DNA from: Burkholderiales bacterium
GTDB lineage: Bacteria > Pseudomonadota > Gammaproteobacteria > Burkholderiales > SG8-39
DNA: 64,000 bases
Assembly (NCBI GenBank): GCA_035577785.1
Contig: DATLUZ010000222.1
Coordinates: 139-64,138 of the forward strand
Direction: 5' to 3'
How positions within the stretch are numbered: position 1 is the stretch's first letter; every line of letters begins with the position of its first letter. Position numbers and translations under genes: made by a program. Shown one piece after another: positions 1 to 12,864 of this stretch. Under the pieces are notes generated by a model that was not told the origin of the DNA, did no database searches, and saw only the letters and a program-made list of their open reading frames with translations.

Positions 1-627
1 GGCCTTCGCTATCTCGTCGTGCAGAGCGACGACCTCGCCGGCGACGTTGCGGCGATGCGCGGACGCGGCGTGGATGTCGGCGACGTCGCCGAAGGCAGCC
101 GGCGAACCCCGTCCGGGCACGAGCGGCGCTGGAGGGCTGCCCCGCTCGGCCCGCGCAATCCCCTGCCGGTGTTCTTCATTCAGCACCTCACCCCGCTCGC
201 CGAGCGGCGGCCCGCGGGCGCGGGCCATCCCAACGGCGTCTATCGCACCGAGCGCGCCTATATCGCCGTCAGCGATCTCGCCGCCGCCGTCGACACCTAT
301 TCGCGTGTCCTCGGCATGGCGAAGCCGCCGATCGAGCGCGGGACGGTGATCATGGCCGAGATGGGAGTCTTCCAGCTCGGTAGTTCCGGCCTGGCGCTCG
401 CGCATCCGTATGCTCCCGGCGTCTGCGCCGATGCGCTCTCTCGCCGCGGACCGGGACCTTTCCAGGTGCTCTTCAGGACGAAAAGCATGGACGCCGCCGC
501 GCGCCGGCTTTCCGAGCACGGCGTTCCGCCTCCCGCGCGCGGCACGCGCAACACCGGCGAGCAGGCGATGCTCGTGCCGCCCGAGCACGCGTGCGGCGTC
601 TATATCGGTTTCGTCGGGCCGCCCTGA
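1..627 (+). CDS. VOC/glyoxalase-like domain protein (5' end lies outside the window)
   Basis: The frame is open from base 1 (GLRYLVVQSDDL...) to a TGA at 625-627. The sequence has a glyoxalase-like character (ERAYIAVSDLAAAVDTYSRVLG). The family call is by eye only. Confidence 0.6.
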   Translation, partial: GLRYLVVQSDDLAGDVAAMRGRGVDVGDVAEGSRRTPSGHERRWRAAPLGPRNPLPVFFIQHLTPLAERRPAGAGHPNGVYRTERAYIAVSDLAAAVDTYSRVLGMAKPPIERGTVIMAEMGVFQLGSSGLALAHPYAPGVCADALSRRGPGPFQVLFRTKSMDAAARRLSEHGVPPPARGTRNTGEQAMLVPPEHACGVYIGFVGPP

Positions 628-1922
628 GCCGCTTCAACGGCGAATCGCTCCTGCAAGCCCGTGACGGTCTCCCGATCGCCGCGGACGCGCAGGAATGCGC
701 CCTCCTCGCCGGCGCGCTCTTCCAGCACCTTGCACTTCGCGAAGATCTCCCCGCGCAGGCTTTGCGCCGACCACGGGAGGAAGAGCTCGGCCTCGACGAG
801 GTCGCGCTCGAAGAAGGCGCGAAGGGTATCGCTTAACCGGGCGACGTCGGGCGCGCGGCGCGCGCTCATAACGATGCAGCCCGGGTAGCGGGCGCGCAGC
901 GACGCTTCGAGCGCCTCCTGGCCGGCGGGGTCGCCGGCGCGGTCGATCTTGTTGAAGACGAGGAGGCGTGGCACGTCCCTGGCGCCGATCTCCTCGAGCA
1001 CTTCGGCGGTGACGGCGAGCTGTCGTTCGAACCCGGGGTCGCTCGCATCGACGACGTGCGCGAGGAGCGATGCCTCGAGTGCCTCGTCCAGCGTGGACTT
1101 GAACGATACGACGAGCGCGTGCGGCAGGTTCTTGATGAAGCCGACGGTGTCGCTGACCAGCACCCGGGGAACGCGTTCGGGTTGCAGGGCGCGCACGGTG
1201 GTGTCGAGCGTCGCGAAGAGCTTGTCGGCGACCAGCACTTCGCTTCCGGTCAGCGCACGCATCAGGGTGGATTTGCCGGCATTGGTGTAGCCGACGAGCG
1301 CCACGCGCGCGAGCCCCTGGCGCTCCTGCCGTCTTGCGCGCTGGGTCTTGCGCTCGAGCTTCATGCCGTCGAGCTCCGCCTGCAGCTCGGCGATGCGGTC
1401 GCGAATTTTGCGCCGGTCGAGCTCGCCGTGCGATTCGCCGCCGCTGCGGCCGCCGGTGCCGCTGCGCGCGCGGTCCTTCGGCCCCGCGAGCCTGGCGGCC
1501 TCGCGCATGCGCGGCGCCATGTAGCCGAGGCGCGCGATCTCGACCTGCGCGCGCGCCGCGCGGGAGCGCGCGTGCCGGTGAAAAATCTCGAGGATCACCA
1601 TGGTGCGGTCCATCACCTCGCAACCCACCTCTTTCTCGAGGTTGTGGGCCTGGGAAGGAGAGATCTCGTGGTCGACGAGGACGATGTCGGCGCCTCCTTC
1701 CACGATGGCCTTCAGCTCCTCGCGCTTGCCCGTCCCGAAGTACCCCGCCGAGTCGAAGCCGGCGCGCTTCTGCGTGAATCGATGGGCAACCTCGAACCCG
1801 AGCGTCTTGGCGAGCTGGCGCAGCTCGGTCAGCGAGGCCTCGAACTCGACGTCGGTCACGGCGGGCTTTTGCACGGCGGCCACGACGGCGCGCCTGGGCT
1901 TTGGATCGGCTTCGCGATTCAT
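600..1922 (-). CDS. hflX: GTPase HflX
   Basis: A 440-aa ORF with an HflX-type N-terminal domain (LVDHEISPSQAHNLEKEVGCEVMDRTMVILEIF), a G1 motif GYTNAGKST, DTVGFI, and NKID. Confidence 0.9.
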   Translation of the reverse strand: MNREADPKPRRAVVAAVQKPAVTDVEFEASLTELRQLAKTLGFEVAHRFTQKRAGFDSAGYFGTGKREELKAIVEGGADIVLVDHEISPSQAHNLEKEVGCEVMDRTMVILEIFHRHARSRAARAQVEIARLGYMAPRMREAARLAGPKDRARSGTGGRSGGESHGELDRRKIRDRIAELQAELDGMKLERKTQRARRQERQGLARVALVGYTNAGKSTLMRALTGSEVLVADKLFATLDTTVRALQPERVPRVLVSDTVGFIKNLPHALVVSFKSTLDEALEASLLAHVVDASDPGFERQLAVTAEVLEEIGARDVPRLLVFNKIDRAGDPAGQEALEASLRARYPGCIVMSARRAPDVARLSDTLRAFFERDLVEAELFLPWSAQSLRGEIFAKCKVLEERAGEEGAFLRVRGDRETVTGLQERFAVEAAQGGPTKPI

Positions 1923-1958
1923 GGGGCACGAAGCCTATCAGCCCGTCCCGGGAAATCG

Positions 1959-3104
1959 CTAGGCCCTAATGCCGGTAACGCGCGCGACGCGCCGCAGCTC
2001 AGGAAAGCGCCAGGCCCAGATTCCGACCACGGCAAGCGTCGCGCAGCCGCCCGCGAGCACCGCGGGAACCGCGCCGAGCCAAGCGGCCATGGCGCCGGCG
2101 CGGAAGTCGCCGAGCTCGTTCGCGGTCCCGACGAAGAGCGAGTGCACGGCGCTCACGCGCCCGCGCATCTCGTCGGGCGTGCCGAGCTGCACCACGCTCG
2201 CGCGCACGAACACGCTCATCATGTCGGCCGCGCCCATGAGCGCAAGCAGGCCGAGCGAGAGAAAGAGATTTTTCGACAATGCAAAAGCAAGCGCGGCGAC
2301 GCCGAACACGGCCACCCCGGTGAAGAGCATCGCCCCGGCGTGAGCCTGGCGCGCGGCGGGAAGCTGCGCCAAGGCAAGGCCCATGCTGACGGCCCCTACC
2401 GCGACGGAGCTGCGCATGATCCCGAGCCCGTCGGGGCCGACGCCGAGGATGTCGCGCGCATAGATAGGAAGAAGCGCCGTGATGCTGCCGAGGAGCACGG
2501 CAAAGAGGTCGAGCGAGATCGCGCCGAGCAACACGCGGTTCACGCGCAGGTAGCGCAGGCCTTCCAGGAGCCTCGCCACCGCGCCGCCGCGCGCCGTGTG
2601 GGCGACGCCGCCGCGGGCCCGGATCGAGAACCAGCAGGTGGCCACCGCCAGCGAAGCGACGCTGCAGGCGGCGAAGCTCGCGGGCGCGCCGGCCAGGTAG
2701 ATCAGGCCGCCGACCGCAGGTCCAAGGACCGTCGCGCTCTGCTGCGCGGAGGAGCTCCACGCCACCGCGACCGGGAAGCGCTCGCGCGACACTAGGAAAG
2801 GCAGGAGTGACTGCACCGCGGGTCCCGAAAATGCGCGTGCAGTTCCTGCGAGAGCCAGCACGGCGTAGAACGGCCATGTTTCCTCGGTTCTCGCCCAGGT
2901 AAGGACAACGAGCAACATCGAACCCGTCGCCTGGGCCAGATGCGCCGTGCCGAGGATCCAGCGCCGGTCGACCCGGTCGGCGACATCGCCGCCGGGAAGA
3001 GTGAACAGCGCGATCGGCAGAAACACCGCCAGCCCGGCGTAGGCGAGCGCCATCGCCTCGCCGGTACGGTCGTACAGGTACCAGCCGATCGCGACCGACT
3101 GCAT
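1959..3104 (-). CDS. MFS transporter (the start may lie upstream at a CTG, 3161)
   Basis: A polytopic hydrophobic ORF with MFS-like sequence. The ATG at 3104 is the first canonical start. However, the in-frame codons upstream encode SDFRLFLAGRFFAALALQ, which looks like the missing TM1. Confidence 0.8.
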   Translation of the reverse strand: MQSVAIGWYLYDRTGEAMALAYAGLAVFLPIALFTLPGGDVADRVDRRWILGTAHLAQATGSMLLVVLTWARTEETWPFYAVLALAGTARAFSGPAVQSLLPFLVSRERFPVAVAWSSSAQQSATVLGPAVGGLIYLAGAPASFAACSVASLAVATCWFSIRARGGVAHTARGGAVARLLEGLRYLRVNRVLLGAISLDLFAVLLGSITALLPIYARDILGVGPDGLGIMRSSVAVGAVSMGLALAQLPAARQAHAGAMLFTGVAVFGVAALAFALSKNLFLSLGLLALMGAADMMSVFVRASVVQLGTPDEMRGRVSAVHSLFVGTANELGDFRAGAMAAWLGAVPAVLAGGCATLAVVGIWAWRFPELRRVARVTGIRA

Positions 3105-3157
3105 CTGCAGCGCCAGGGCGGCGAAGAACCGCCCGGCGAGGAATAGGCGGAAGTCGC

Positions 3158-4774
3158 TCAGAGTCCCAGCTCGTTCAGCGCCTGCACGAGCCTTCGCTTC
3201 TGCGCGGTATCGATGAGGGGGTGGGTTTCGAGCCAGCGGCGGCTCGAGAAGCCAGGCTGCAGGACGCGGATCTCGTCGGCTTTCCAGGCCGCGGCGCCTT
3301 GGTCTCCGGCCGCGAGGTGCAGCATTGCCATGTAGATGTTGCTCTCCAGGTCCTCGGGGTTGCGCCGCAGAGCGTGCTCGAGGTTGACGCGCGCCTGCTC
3401 GAGGTCGGCGAGGGCGAGGTAGGCACGCCCGAGAATGAGGAAGTAGAGATAGCTACCTTCGGGGTTGAGGCGCATGGCGGTACGCACGAGTGGCACTCCC
3501 TCCGCAGGGCGGCCCATGTAGGTCTTGACGCCGCCCATGAATGCGTAGGCGTCGGCGAATGACGGGTAGAGCTGCACGGCGGTCTCGAGGAAGCGCAGCG
3601 CTTGCGCATGCTCGCGCCGCTCCAGGTGGACAAAAGCAAGCGCGAAATAGGTTTCCCGAATGTCGCGGTTCATCTCGTGCGCGCTGCGGGCGAGCTCGAA
3701 CGCCCGTTCCAGCGCGGCGCTGCCGTCCACGGTCCAGTGATTCCGGTAGTCCGCGGCGTAGGTGAGCGCGAGCGCCGCATAGGCGCGCGCGAAGTTGGCG
3801 TCGAGCGCGATGGCGCGGCGGAACATATCGCGCGCGGTCTCGTTCTCCGCCTTCCGGCGCACGAGCAGCGCCGCCTGTCCGCGCTGGAAGTACTTGTAGG
3901 CCTCGAGGTTGCCGGTATGCCGCTGCGCCATGCGCCGCAGCTCGGCCTCGCTCACCTTGGCGGGCACGATCTGCAGGATTTTCGGGCCGAGCTCTTCCTG
4001 GATGGCGAAGAAGCTGGCGAGTGGGCGGTCGAACCGCTCGGACCAGAGCTGCTTGCCGGTCTGGGCGTCGGCAAGATGCACGTGCAGCCGCACGCGGTCT
4101 GCCACCCGTTGCACCGTCCCGGTCACGAGGTAGCGGCTCGACTCGGCGTTGGCGGCAACTCCGATCACCGAAAGCCCAACCACCTTGGACAGGTCGGTGA
4201 CCAAGTCCGCCGTCAGCCCGCGCGCCAGCAGCGCCGCTTCCGGATCCTCGCCCAGCGCTTCGAACGGCCTGACCGTGACGGTCGGCTGCGCGGCACGAGC
4301 GGCTTCGAGGTCGAGCGCCGCCACCTGGGCCGGCTCGTCCTGGCCCCACCAGAAGGCCGCGCCCGCCAGGATCGCGGTCGCAAGCCCTCCACCCGCCAAC
4401 CAGGGAATCAGCCCCTTCCGTTTTTGTCCGACCGCCGCCTGTTGAACCGGCCCGACGGGCGCGACCAGCCGGTAGCCGCGCTTCGAGATCGTCTGGATAT
4501 AGGCCGGGCTTTCCGCCGCGTCGCCCAGCGCCTTGCGCAGCTTGATGACCACCTGGGTAACTGCGTCGTCGCTCACGACCACGCCGGGCCAAACCGCCGC
4601 GAGCAGCGCTTCCCGGCTCACCACCTCGCCTGGGCGCTGGGCTAGGTAGACGAGCACCGCCATCGCCTTCGGCTCGAGCTTCACGCTCTTGCCGGCGGCC
4701 GAAAGCTGGTTCAGCGCCGCATCGACCGTCCAGTCGCCGACCTGAAGCCTCTGCGGGGGTGATTCAGTCTCCAA
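3158..4774 (-). CDS. membrane-anchored winged-helix (OmpR/PhoB-type, CadC/ToxR-like) transcriptional regulator with a C-terminal TPR domain
   Basis: The N-terminus carries a trans_reg_C-like wHTH (LEPKAMAVLVYLAQRPGEVVSREALLAAVWP...ISKRGYRL). One TM segment follows (WLAGGGLATAILAGAAFWW), then TPR-like repeats. The start codon is TTG. Confidence 0.75.
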   Translation of the reverse strand: METESPPQRLQVGDWTVDAALNQLSAAGKSVKLEPKAMAVLVYLAQRPGEVVSREALLAAVWPGVVVSDDAVTQVVIKLRKALGDAAESPAYIQTISKRGYRLVAPVGPVQQAAVGQKRKGLIPWLAGGGLATAILAGAAFWWGQDEPAQVAALDLEAARAAQPTVTVRPFEALGEDPEAALLARGLTADLVTDLSKVVGLSVIGVAANAESSRYLVTGTVQRVADRVRLHVHLADAQTGKQLWSERFDRPLASFFAIQEELGPKILQIVPAKVSEAELRRMAQRHTGNLEAYKYFQRGQAALLVRRKAENETARDMFRRAIALDANFARAYAALALTYAADYRNHWTVDGSAALERAFELARSAHEMNRDIRETYFALAFVHLERREHAQALRFLETAVQLYPSFADAYAFMGGVKTYMGRPAEGVPLVRTAMRLNPEGSYLYFLILGRAYLALADLEQARVNLEHALRRNPEDLESNIYMAMLHLAAGDQGAAAWKADEIRVLQPGFSSRRWLETHPLIDTAQKRRLVQALNELGL

Positions 4775-4858
4775 CGCCTTGAATTATGCGGAATTCGGAA
4801 TCCTTCGCCAAAGCTTAGCCGTTTCCTCGGGATTTTCCGGACCGGGTTCGCCTTGAAT
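4775..4858. promoter_or_regulatory. divergent promoter region holding a 10-bp direct repeat, CGCCTTGAAT, at 4775-4784 and 4849-4858
   Basis: The decamer is exact in both copies, 74 bp apart, between the wHTH regulator and the TPR gene. GAATT/GAAT motifs also recur at 4781-4800. Any regulatory function is inferred. Confidence 0.25.
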
Positions 4859-4891
4859 GCGCTTGCCTATTCAAACGAACGGAGGAGAAAG

Positions 4892-6487
4892 ATGAACAAG
4901 GCGGCGATCTTTGGAGCATTCTTCCTGGCCATCACAGCGCAGGCGGCGCTCGGGCACGACGACCCCCCGCGGACCACGGGCAAGGCCCCGGAGCAACTCG
5001 GAAGCGTCAGCTTCCCGACCTCCTGCGATCCCAAGGTGCAGACGCGCTTCGAGCGCGGTGTGGCGCTGCTGCACTCGTTCTGGTTCCCGGAAGGCCGGAA
5101 GGCTTTCCTCGAGGTTCTGGAGGCGGACCCGTCCTGTTCCATCGCCTACTGGGGCTTGGGGGTCAATCGCCTCCTCAACCCGTTCGGCGGACAGCCGGCG
5201 GAAAAGGTGCTGCTCGAGGGCCAGGCGGCCGTGGACAAGGGCCTGGCGGCGCCGGCGAAAACCCAGCGCGAGCGCGACTACATCGAAGCCATCGCAGCCT
5301 TCTACACCCACGACCGCATGCCCTGGCGGGAACGGACGGTGAAGTACGAGAAGGCCATGGAGCAGCTTGCCGCGCGATACCCGCGGGACAGCGAAGCTGC
5401 AATCTTCTATGCGCTCGCGCTCAATATCGCTGCGGACCTGAGCGACAAGACCTATTCGCGCCAGCTCAAGGCGGCAGCCCTCCTCGAGCCGATCTTCGCC
5501 GCCCAGCCGGACCATCCGGGCGTGGCGCACTACCTGATCCACAGCTACGACTATCCGCCGATCGCCGCGAAGGGGTTCGCGGCCGCTCAAACGTACGCCG
5601 CGATCGCGCCCTCGGCGGCGCACGCGCTGCACATGCCCTCGCACATCTTCACCCGCGTCGGCGCGTGGGAGGACTCGATCGCAACCAACCGCCGCGCCGA
5701 GGAAACCGCTCGCAGAACCCGCGTCCCGGACGATGTGCTGCACGCGATCGACTACCAGGTTTACGCGGCGCTGCAGCTCGGCCGCGACGCCGAGGCGAAG
5801 CGCGCCATCGAGCGCGGCGCCCCCGAGGCGGCACGCTACGAGCGCAATTCCGGCGCTTATGGCCTCGCCGCCTCCACCGCACGCTACGCGATGGAGCGCG
5901 GCGATTGGAAAACGGCGGCGCAGCTCAAGCCGCAGGCGAGCAAGTGGCCCTACGCCGACGCCATGACGCACTTTGCCCGTGCCGTGGGCGCCGCCCGCTC
6001 AGGCGACGCCGGCGCGGCGCAGGACGACGCAGCCCAACTTGCAAAGTTGCGCGACGTCCTTGCCGCAGGCAAGGACGCCTACTGGACCGAGCAGGTCGAG
6101 ATCCAGCGGCTCGCGGCACAGGCCTGGATCGAGCTCGCACAAGGCCGTCGCGAGCCAGCCCTCGCGCTGATGCGGCAGTCCGCCGACCGCCAGGACGCAG
6201 CCGAGAAGGCGACCGTCACGCCCGGCCACCTGGCGCCGTCGCGCGAGCTGCTGGGCGAGATGCTGCTCGAGCTGAACCAGCCAGCGCAGGCGCTTAAGGA
6301 ATTCGAAGCGTCCGCAGTCGACAACCCGAACCGCTTCCGCGGCACCTACGGCGCGGCGCTCGCCGCGGCGCGCGCCGGCAACACCGGGCTTGCCCGAGAA
6401 CGCTATAGGAAGCTCGTCGAATTGGCGGGCAAAGGCGACGCGCGTGCGGAGTTGCAGCAGGCGACGACCTGGCTGTCCCGGAACTAG
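4892..6487 (+). CDS. secreted TPR-like repeat protein of unknown function
   Basis: A GGAGGAG RBS at 4881-4887 precedes the ATG at 4892. The signal peptide is MNKAAIFGAFFLAITAQAALG. The body is helical-repeat-like. The longer ORF from 4853 lacks an RBS. Confidence 0.6.
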   Translation: MNKAAIFGAFFLAITAQAALGHDDPPRTTGKAPEQLGSVSFPTSCDPKVQTRFERGVALLHSFWFPEGRKAFLEVLEADPSCSIAYWGLGVNRLLNPFGGQPAEKVLLEGQAAVDKGLAAPAKTQRERDYIEAIAAFYTHDRMPWRERTVKYEKAMEQLAARYPRDSEAAIFYALALNIAADLSDKTYSRQLKAAALLEPIFAAQPDHPGVAHYLIHSYDYPPIAAKGFAAAQTYAAIAPSAAHALHMPSHIFTRVGAWEDSIATNRRAEETARRTRVPDDVLHAIDYQVYAALQLGRDAEAKRAIERGAPEAARYERNSGAYGLAASTARYAMERGDWKTAAQLKPQASKWPYADAMTHFARAVGAARSGDAGAAQDDAAQLAKLRDVLAAGKDAYWTEQVEIQRLAAQAWIELAQGRREPALALMRQSADRQDAAEKATVTPGHLAPSRELLGEMLLELNQPAQALKEFEASAVDNPNRFRGTYGAALAAARAGNTGLARERYRKLVELAGKGDARAELQQATTWLSRN

Positions 6488-6506
6488 AGCTAGTGAACCA
6501 GCCGCC

Positions 6507-8777
<2,271 letters not shown>

Positions 8778-8787
8778 CGGGTCTCTT

Positions 8788-9633
8788 TTACCGGCCGCGG
8801 GAGGCGAGCTCGTCGTCGCGGATGTAGCGGCGCACCGGGTCGTATTCGGCGTCGAGCGCCTGGATGAAAGGGAAGAACTGACCAGCGACGACGATCCTTC
8901 GGCCCTCTTCGGTCTTGGGCCAGGCGACGATGGTCCTGAGGAGGATGTCGCGGTCCCTCTTCGGGACCCGCTTGTGCACGACGAACAAGGCGTGGGCGAT
9001 CGATGGCGACGTGTGCAGCACGCGGAACCGCGTCGTCATCTGCTTGTCCCTCTGGAAATGCAGCATCGCCTGCTCGGCGGTGCCGCAGGCGTCGGCGTCC
9101 CCGATCAGCACGGCTTGCATGCAGGTGAAGTGGCTCTTGCCGTATTCGCGCTTGACTCCGGTCGCGGGATTGATGCCCGCATCCCGCAGCGCCAGGCTGG
9201 TGAGGTAGGACACGGCGGCCTCCACCGGCGGATTGGCGATCGTTTTTCCGTTGAGTTCCTGCACGCTCTTCAACGGGCTATCGGGCCGGACCAGGATCAC
9301 CGCCGCCAGGCTGGCCGCTCTCCGCGCGAGCGGCAGATATCCGTGCTTGTCGTGGGCCTCGACGTAATCGAAGGGCTGCACGAACGCGATGTCGTAGGTC
9401 TCCTTGAGAAGCGCCTCCTTGAAGCTGGAGTAGGTCGGCTTCGAGCTCAGGCGCACCGGTCGGCCGAGCTTCGCCTCGAAATCGGCCTCGATCGGCTCGA
9501 AATATTCCTGGATCTTCGCGAGCGGCAGGTGGGGCATCACGCCGAACTCGTACGGCCCATCGGCCGCGCTTGCCTGCGCGGCGTAGAGCGCAACGGCGGC
9601 TATGCTGAGCAACCACGATGCGAGCTGGCGCAT
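8788..9633 (-). CDS. PhnD-like (phosphonate-ABC-type) periplasmic substrate-binding protein, likely a sensor-kinase partner
   Basis: Signal peptide MRQLASWLLSIAAVALYAAQASA, then the PBP type-2 motif YEFGVMPHLPLAKI...DIAFVQPFDYV. A strong GGGGGAGGA RBS lies upstream. A kinase gene follows 10 nt downstream. Confidence 0.7.
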   Translation of the reverse strand: MRQLASWLLSIAAVALYAAQASAADGPYEFGVMPHLPLAKIQEYFEPIEADFEAKLGRPVRLSSKPTYSSFKEALLKETYDIAFVQPFDYVEAHDKHGYLPLARRAASLAAVILVRPDSPLKSVQELNGKTIANPPVEAAVSYLTSLALRDAGINPATGVKREYGKSHFTCMQAVLIGDADACGTAEQAMLHFQRDKQMTTRFRVLHTSPSIAHALFVVHKRVPKRDRDILLRTIVAWPKTEEGRRIVVAGQFFPFIQALDAEYDPVRRYIRDDELASRGR

Positions 9634-9762
9634 GGCGTCCTCCCCCGAATAGACCCGGTGATTCTATCGGCAACGGCGAGGCCGCAGCATAGCCACCCGA
9701 ATGTCACCCGCAGCAGCAAACCACCGCGGGCTCTTGATCGTTCTGTCCGGTCCGGGCGGCCG

Positions 9763-11289
<1,527 letters not shown>

Positions 11290-11303
11290 GGTTCGATCAG
11301 GCG

Positions 11304-12797
11304 CTACCCGCCGCGGCTGCCGCCTCGCTCACCGCCCAGGTACGAGGGCACGCCGGTCAGCACCCCCTGGAAGTCGGCGAGCGGCGGTCCGACCGCGACC
11401 CCGCCGGAGCTCAGGGTGAGCTCGCGCACCGCGGCCTCGTGCGGGCCGCTGCGCTTCTTGATGATCGAGATGGCCTTGCGGATGTTGCCAAGCGCCTCGA
11501 AGAAGCGCGTGATGATGACGCTGTCGGCGAGGTAGCTGACGTCGATCGGCGTGCCCATGGGCCCGATCAAGCCGTGCTGCGCGAGGATCATCATCGTCAT
11601 GACGCCCTGCTGATTCAGGTAGGTCAGCAGCTCGTGAAGGTGCAGGTGCAGGAACTCCTCGTGCGGCATGGCCGTGATGTAGCCGTTCAGGCTGTCGAGG
11701 ACCACGACGCGCACCTTTTCGTGCTCTACCGCGGAGCGGATGCGGAACGCCAGCTCGCCCGGCGAGATCATCGCCGGATCGACCTGCTCGATCTTCAGCA
11801 CGCCCGACTGGAGATGCGGCGCGAGACCGATATTCATGGCGTCGGCGCGCTCGCAGAGGGTCGCCTTGGTCTCGTCGAAGATGTAGTAGTTCACGCGCTC
11901 GCCGCGCCCGGCCGCGGCATGCGCATACATCGTCGCGATGGTCGACTTCCCGCTGCCGGCCGGGCCGATGATCAGGTTGCTCGTGCCGTAGTGCAGCCCC
12001 TGGCCGAGCAGCGCGTCGAGCTGGGCATTGCCGCTCGCGGCCAGCGCCTTCCTGAAGGGGGTGTGGTAGTCCGCAGCGACGAGCCGCGCGAAAACCTGCA
12101 CGCCGCCTTTCGCGATCGCGTAGTCGTGGTTTCCTTCCCGGTAGTGCACCCCGCGCAGCTTGGTCACGGCGAGGCTGCGGCGGAAGATGCCGTAGTTCAG
12201 CGGTGCCGCGTTGAGCGACAGCGCCCCATGCACGATGCTGTGCACCTGCACGTCGCTCGCTTGCGAGGCCCGGTCGTCGAGCAGCAGCACGGTGCAGCCG
12301 AGCTCGCTCAGCCGCTGCTTGAGCCTGAGGACCTCGCGCCGGTAGCGCAAAGGCGTCTGCGCGAGCATCCGCATCTCGGAGAGCGAATCGAGCACTAGGC
12401 GCGCCGGCTTGCCGCGCTCGATCTCGTCCATCAGCAGCTTGGTGAGCTGGGTCAGCTCCACCTCCGCGGACTGGAACAGCGTCGTGGGACCCTTGCCGCC
12501 GTACGCGCGCTCGATCGCGGAAAGCTCGATGATCGAGATACCCTCGAGGTTCCAGCCGTGCGAAGACGCCACTGCCTCGAGCTCGAGCTTGGTCTCGGAC
12601 AGCGTCACATAGAGGCACTTCTCGTCGAGCCGCTTTCCCTCGAGGAGGAACTGCATCGCCAGCGTGGTCTTGCCCACGCCAGGATTTCCTTCGACGAGAT
12701 AGAGGCAGTTGCGCGGCAGGCCGCCGCCCAGGACGTCGTCCAGGCCGGGAACGCCGATGCTGAGCTTGCTCGAGATGGGATTCATCGATAGCCGCAA
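11304..12797 (-). CDS. kaiC: KaiC-like double RecA-domain ATPase
   Basis: Two KaiC-type domains, each with a Walker A (GNPGVGKTT; GPAGSGKST) and a Walker B (RLVLDSL; VVVLDSL). The C-terminal KaiC-like segment is DSVIITRFFEALGNIRKAISIIKKRSGPHE. The start is TTG 12797 or ATG 12785. Confidence 0.85.
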   Translation of the reverse strand: MRLSMNPISSKLSIGVPGLDDVLGGGLPRNCLYLVEGNPGVGKTTLAMQFLLEGKRLDEKCLYVTLSETKLELEAVASSHGWNLEGISIIELSAIERAYGGKGPTTLFQSAEVELTQLTKLLMDEIERGKPARLVLDSLSEMRMLAQTPLRYRREVLRLKQRLSELGCTVLLLDDRASQASDVQVHSIVHGALSLNAAPLNYGIFRRSLAVTKLRGVHYREGNHDYAIAKGGVQVFARLVAADYHTPFRKALAASGNAQLDALLGQGLHYGTSNLIIGPAGSGKSTIATMYAHAAAGRGERVNYYIFDETKATLCERADAMNIGLAPHLQSGVLKIEQVDPAMISPGELAFRIRSAVEHEKVRVVVLDSLNGYITAMPHEEFLHLHLHELLTYLNQQGVMTMMILAQHGLIGPMGTPIDVSYLADSVIITRFFEALGNIRKAISIIKKRSGPHEAAVRELTLSSGGVAVGPPLADFQGVLTGVPSYLGGERGGSRGG

Positions 12798-12864
12798 AGT
12801 CGGGAAAAACCCTACGTTGACGCGGAGTTACCGCACCAGTCTACCCGGACTTTTGTTACGCCGA

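Noticed and set aside
9634-9762. 129-bp gap inside the KaiC/kinase operon. I examined it for an internal promoter, terminator or sRNA.
   Set aside because: I found only a weak 5-bp GC stem (CCCGC...GCGGG) and a strong RBS for the PhnD-like gene. Nothing is specific enough to call.
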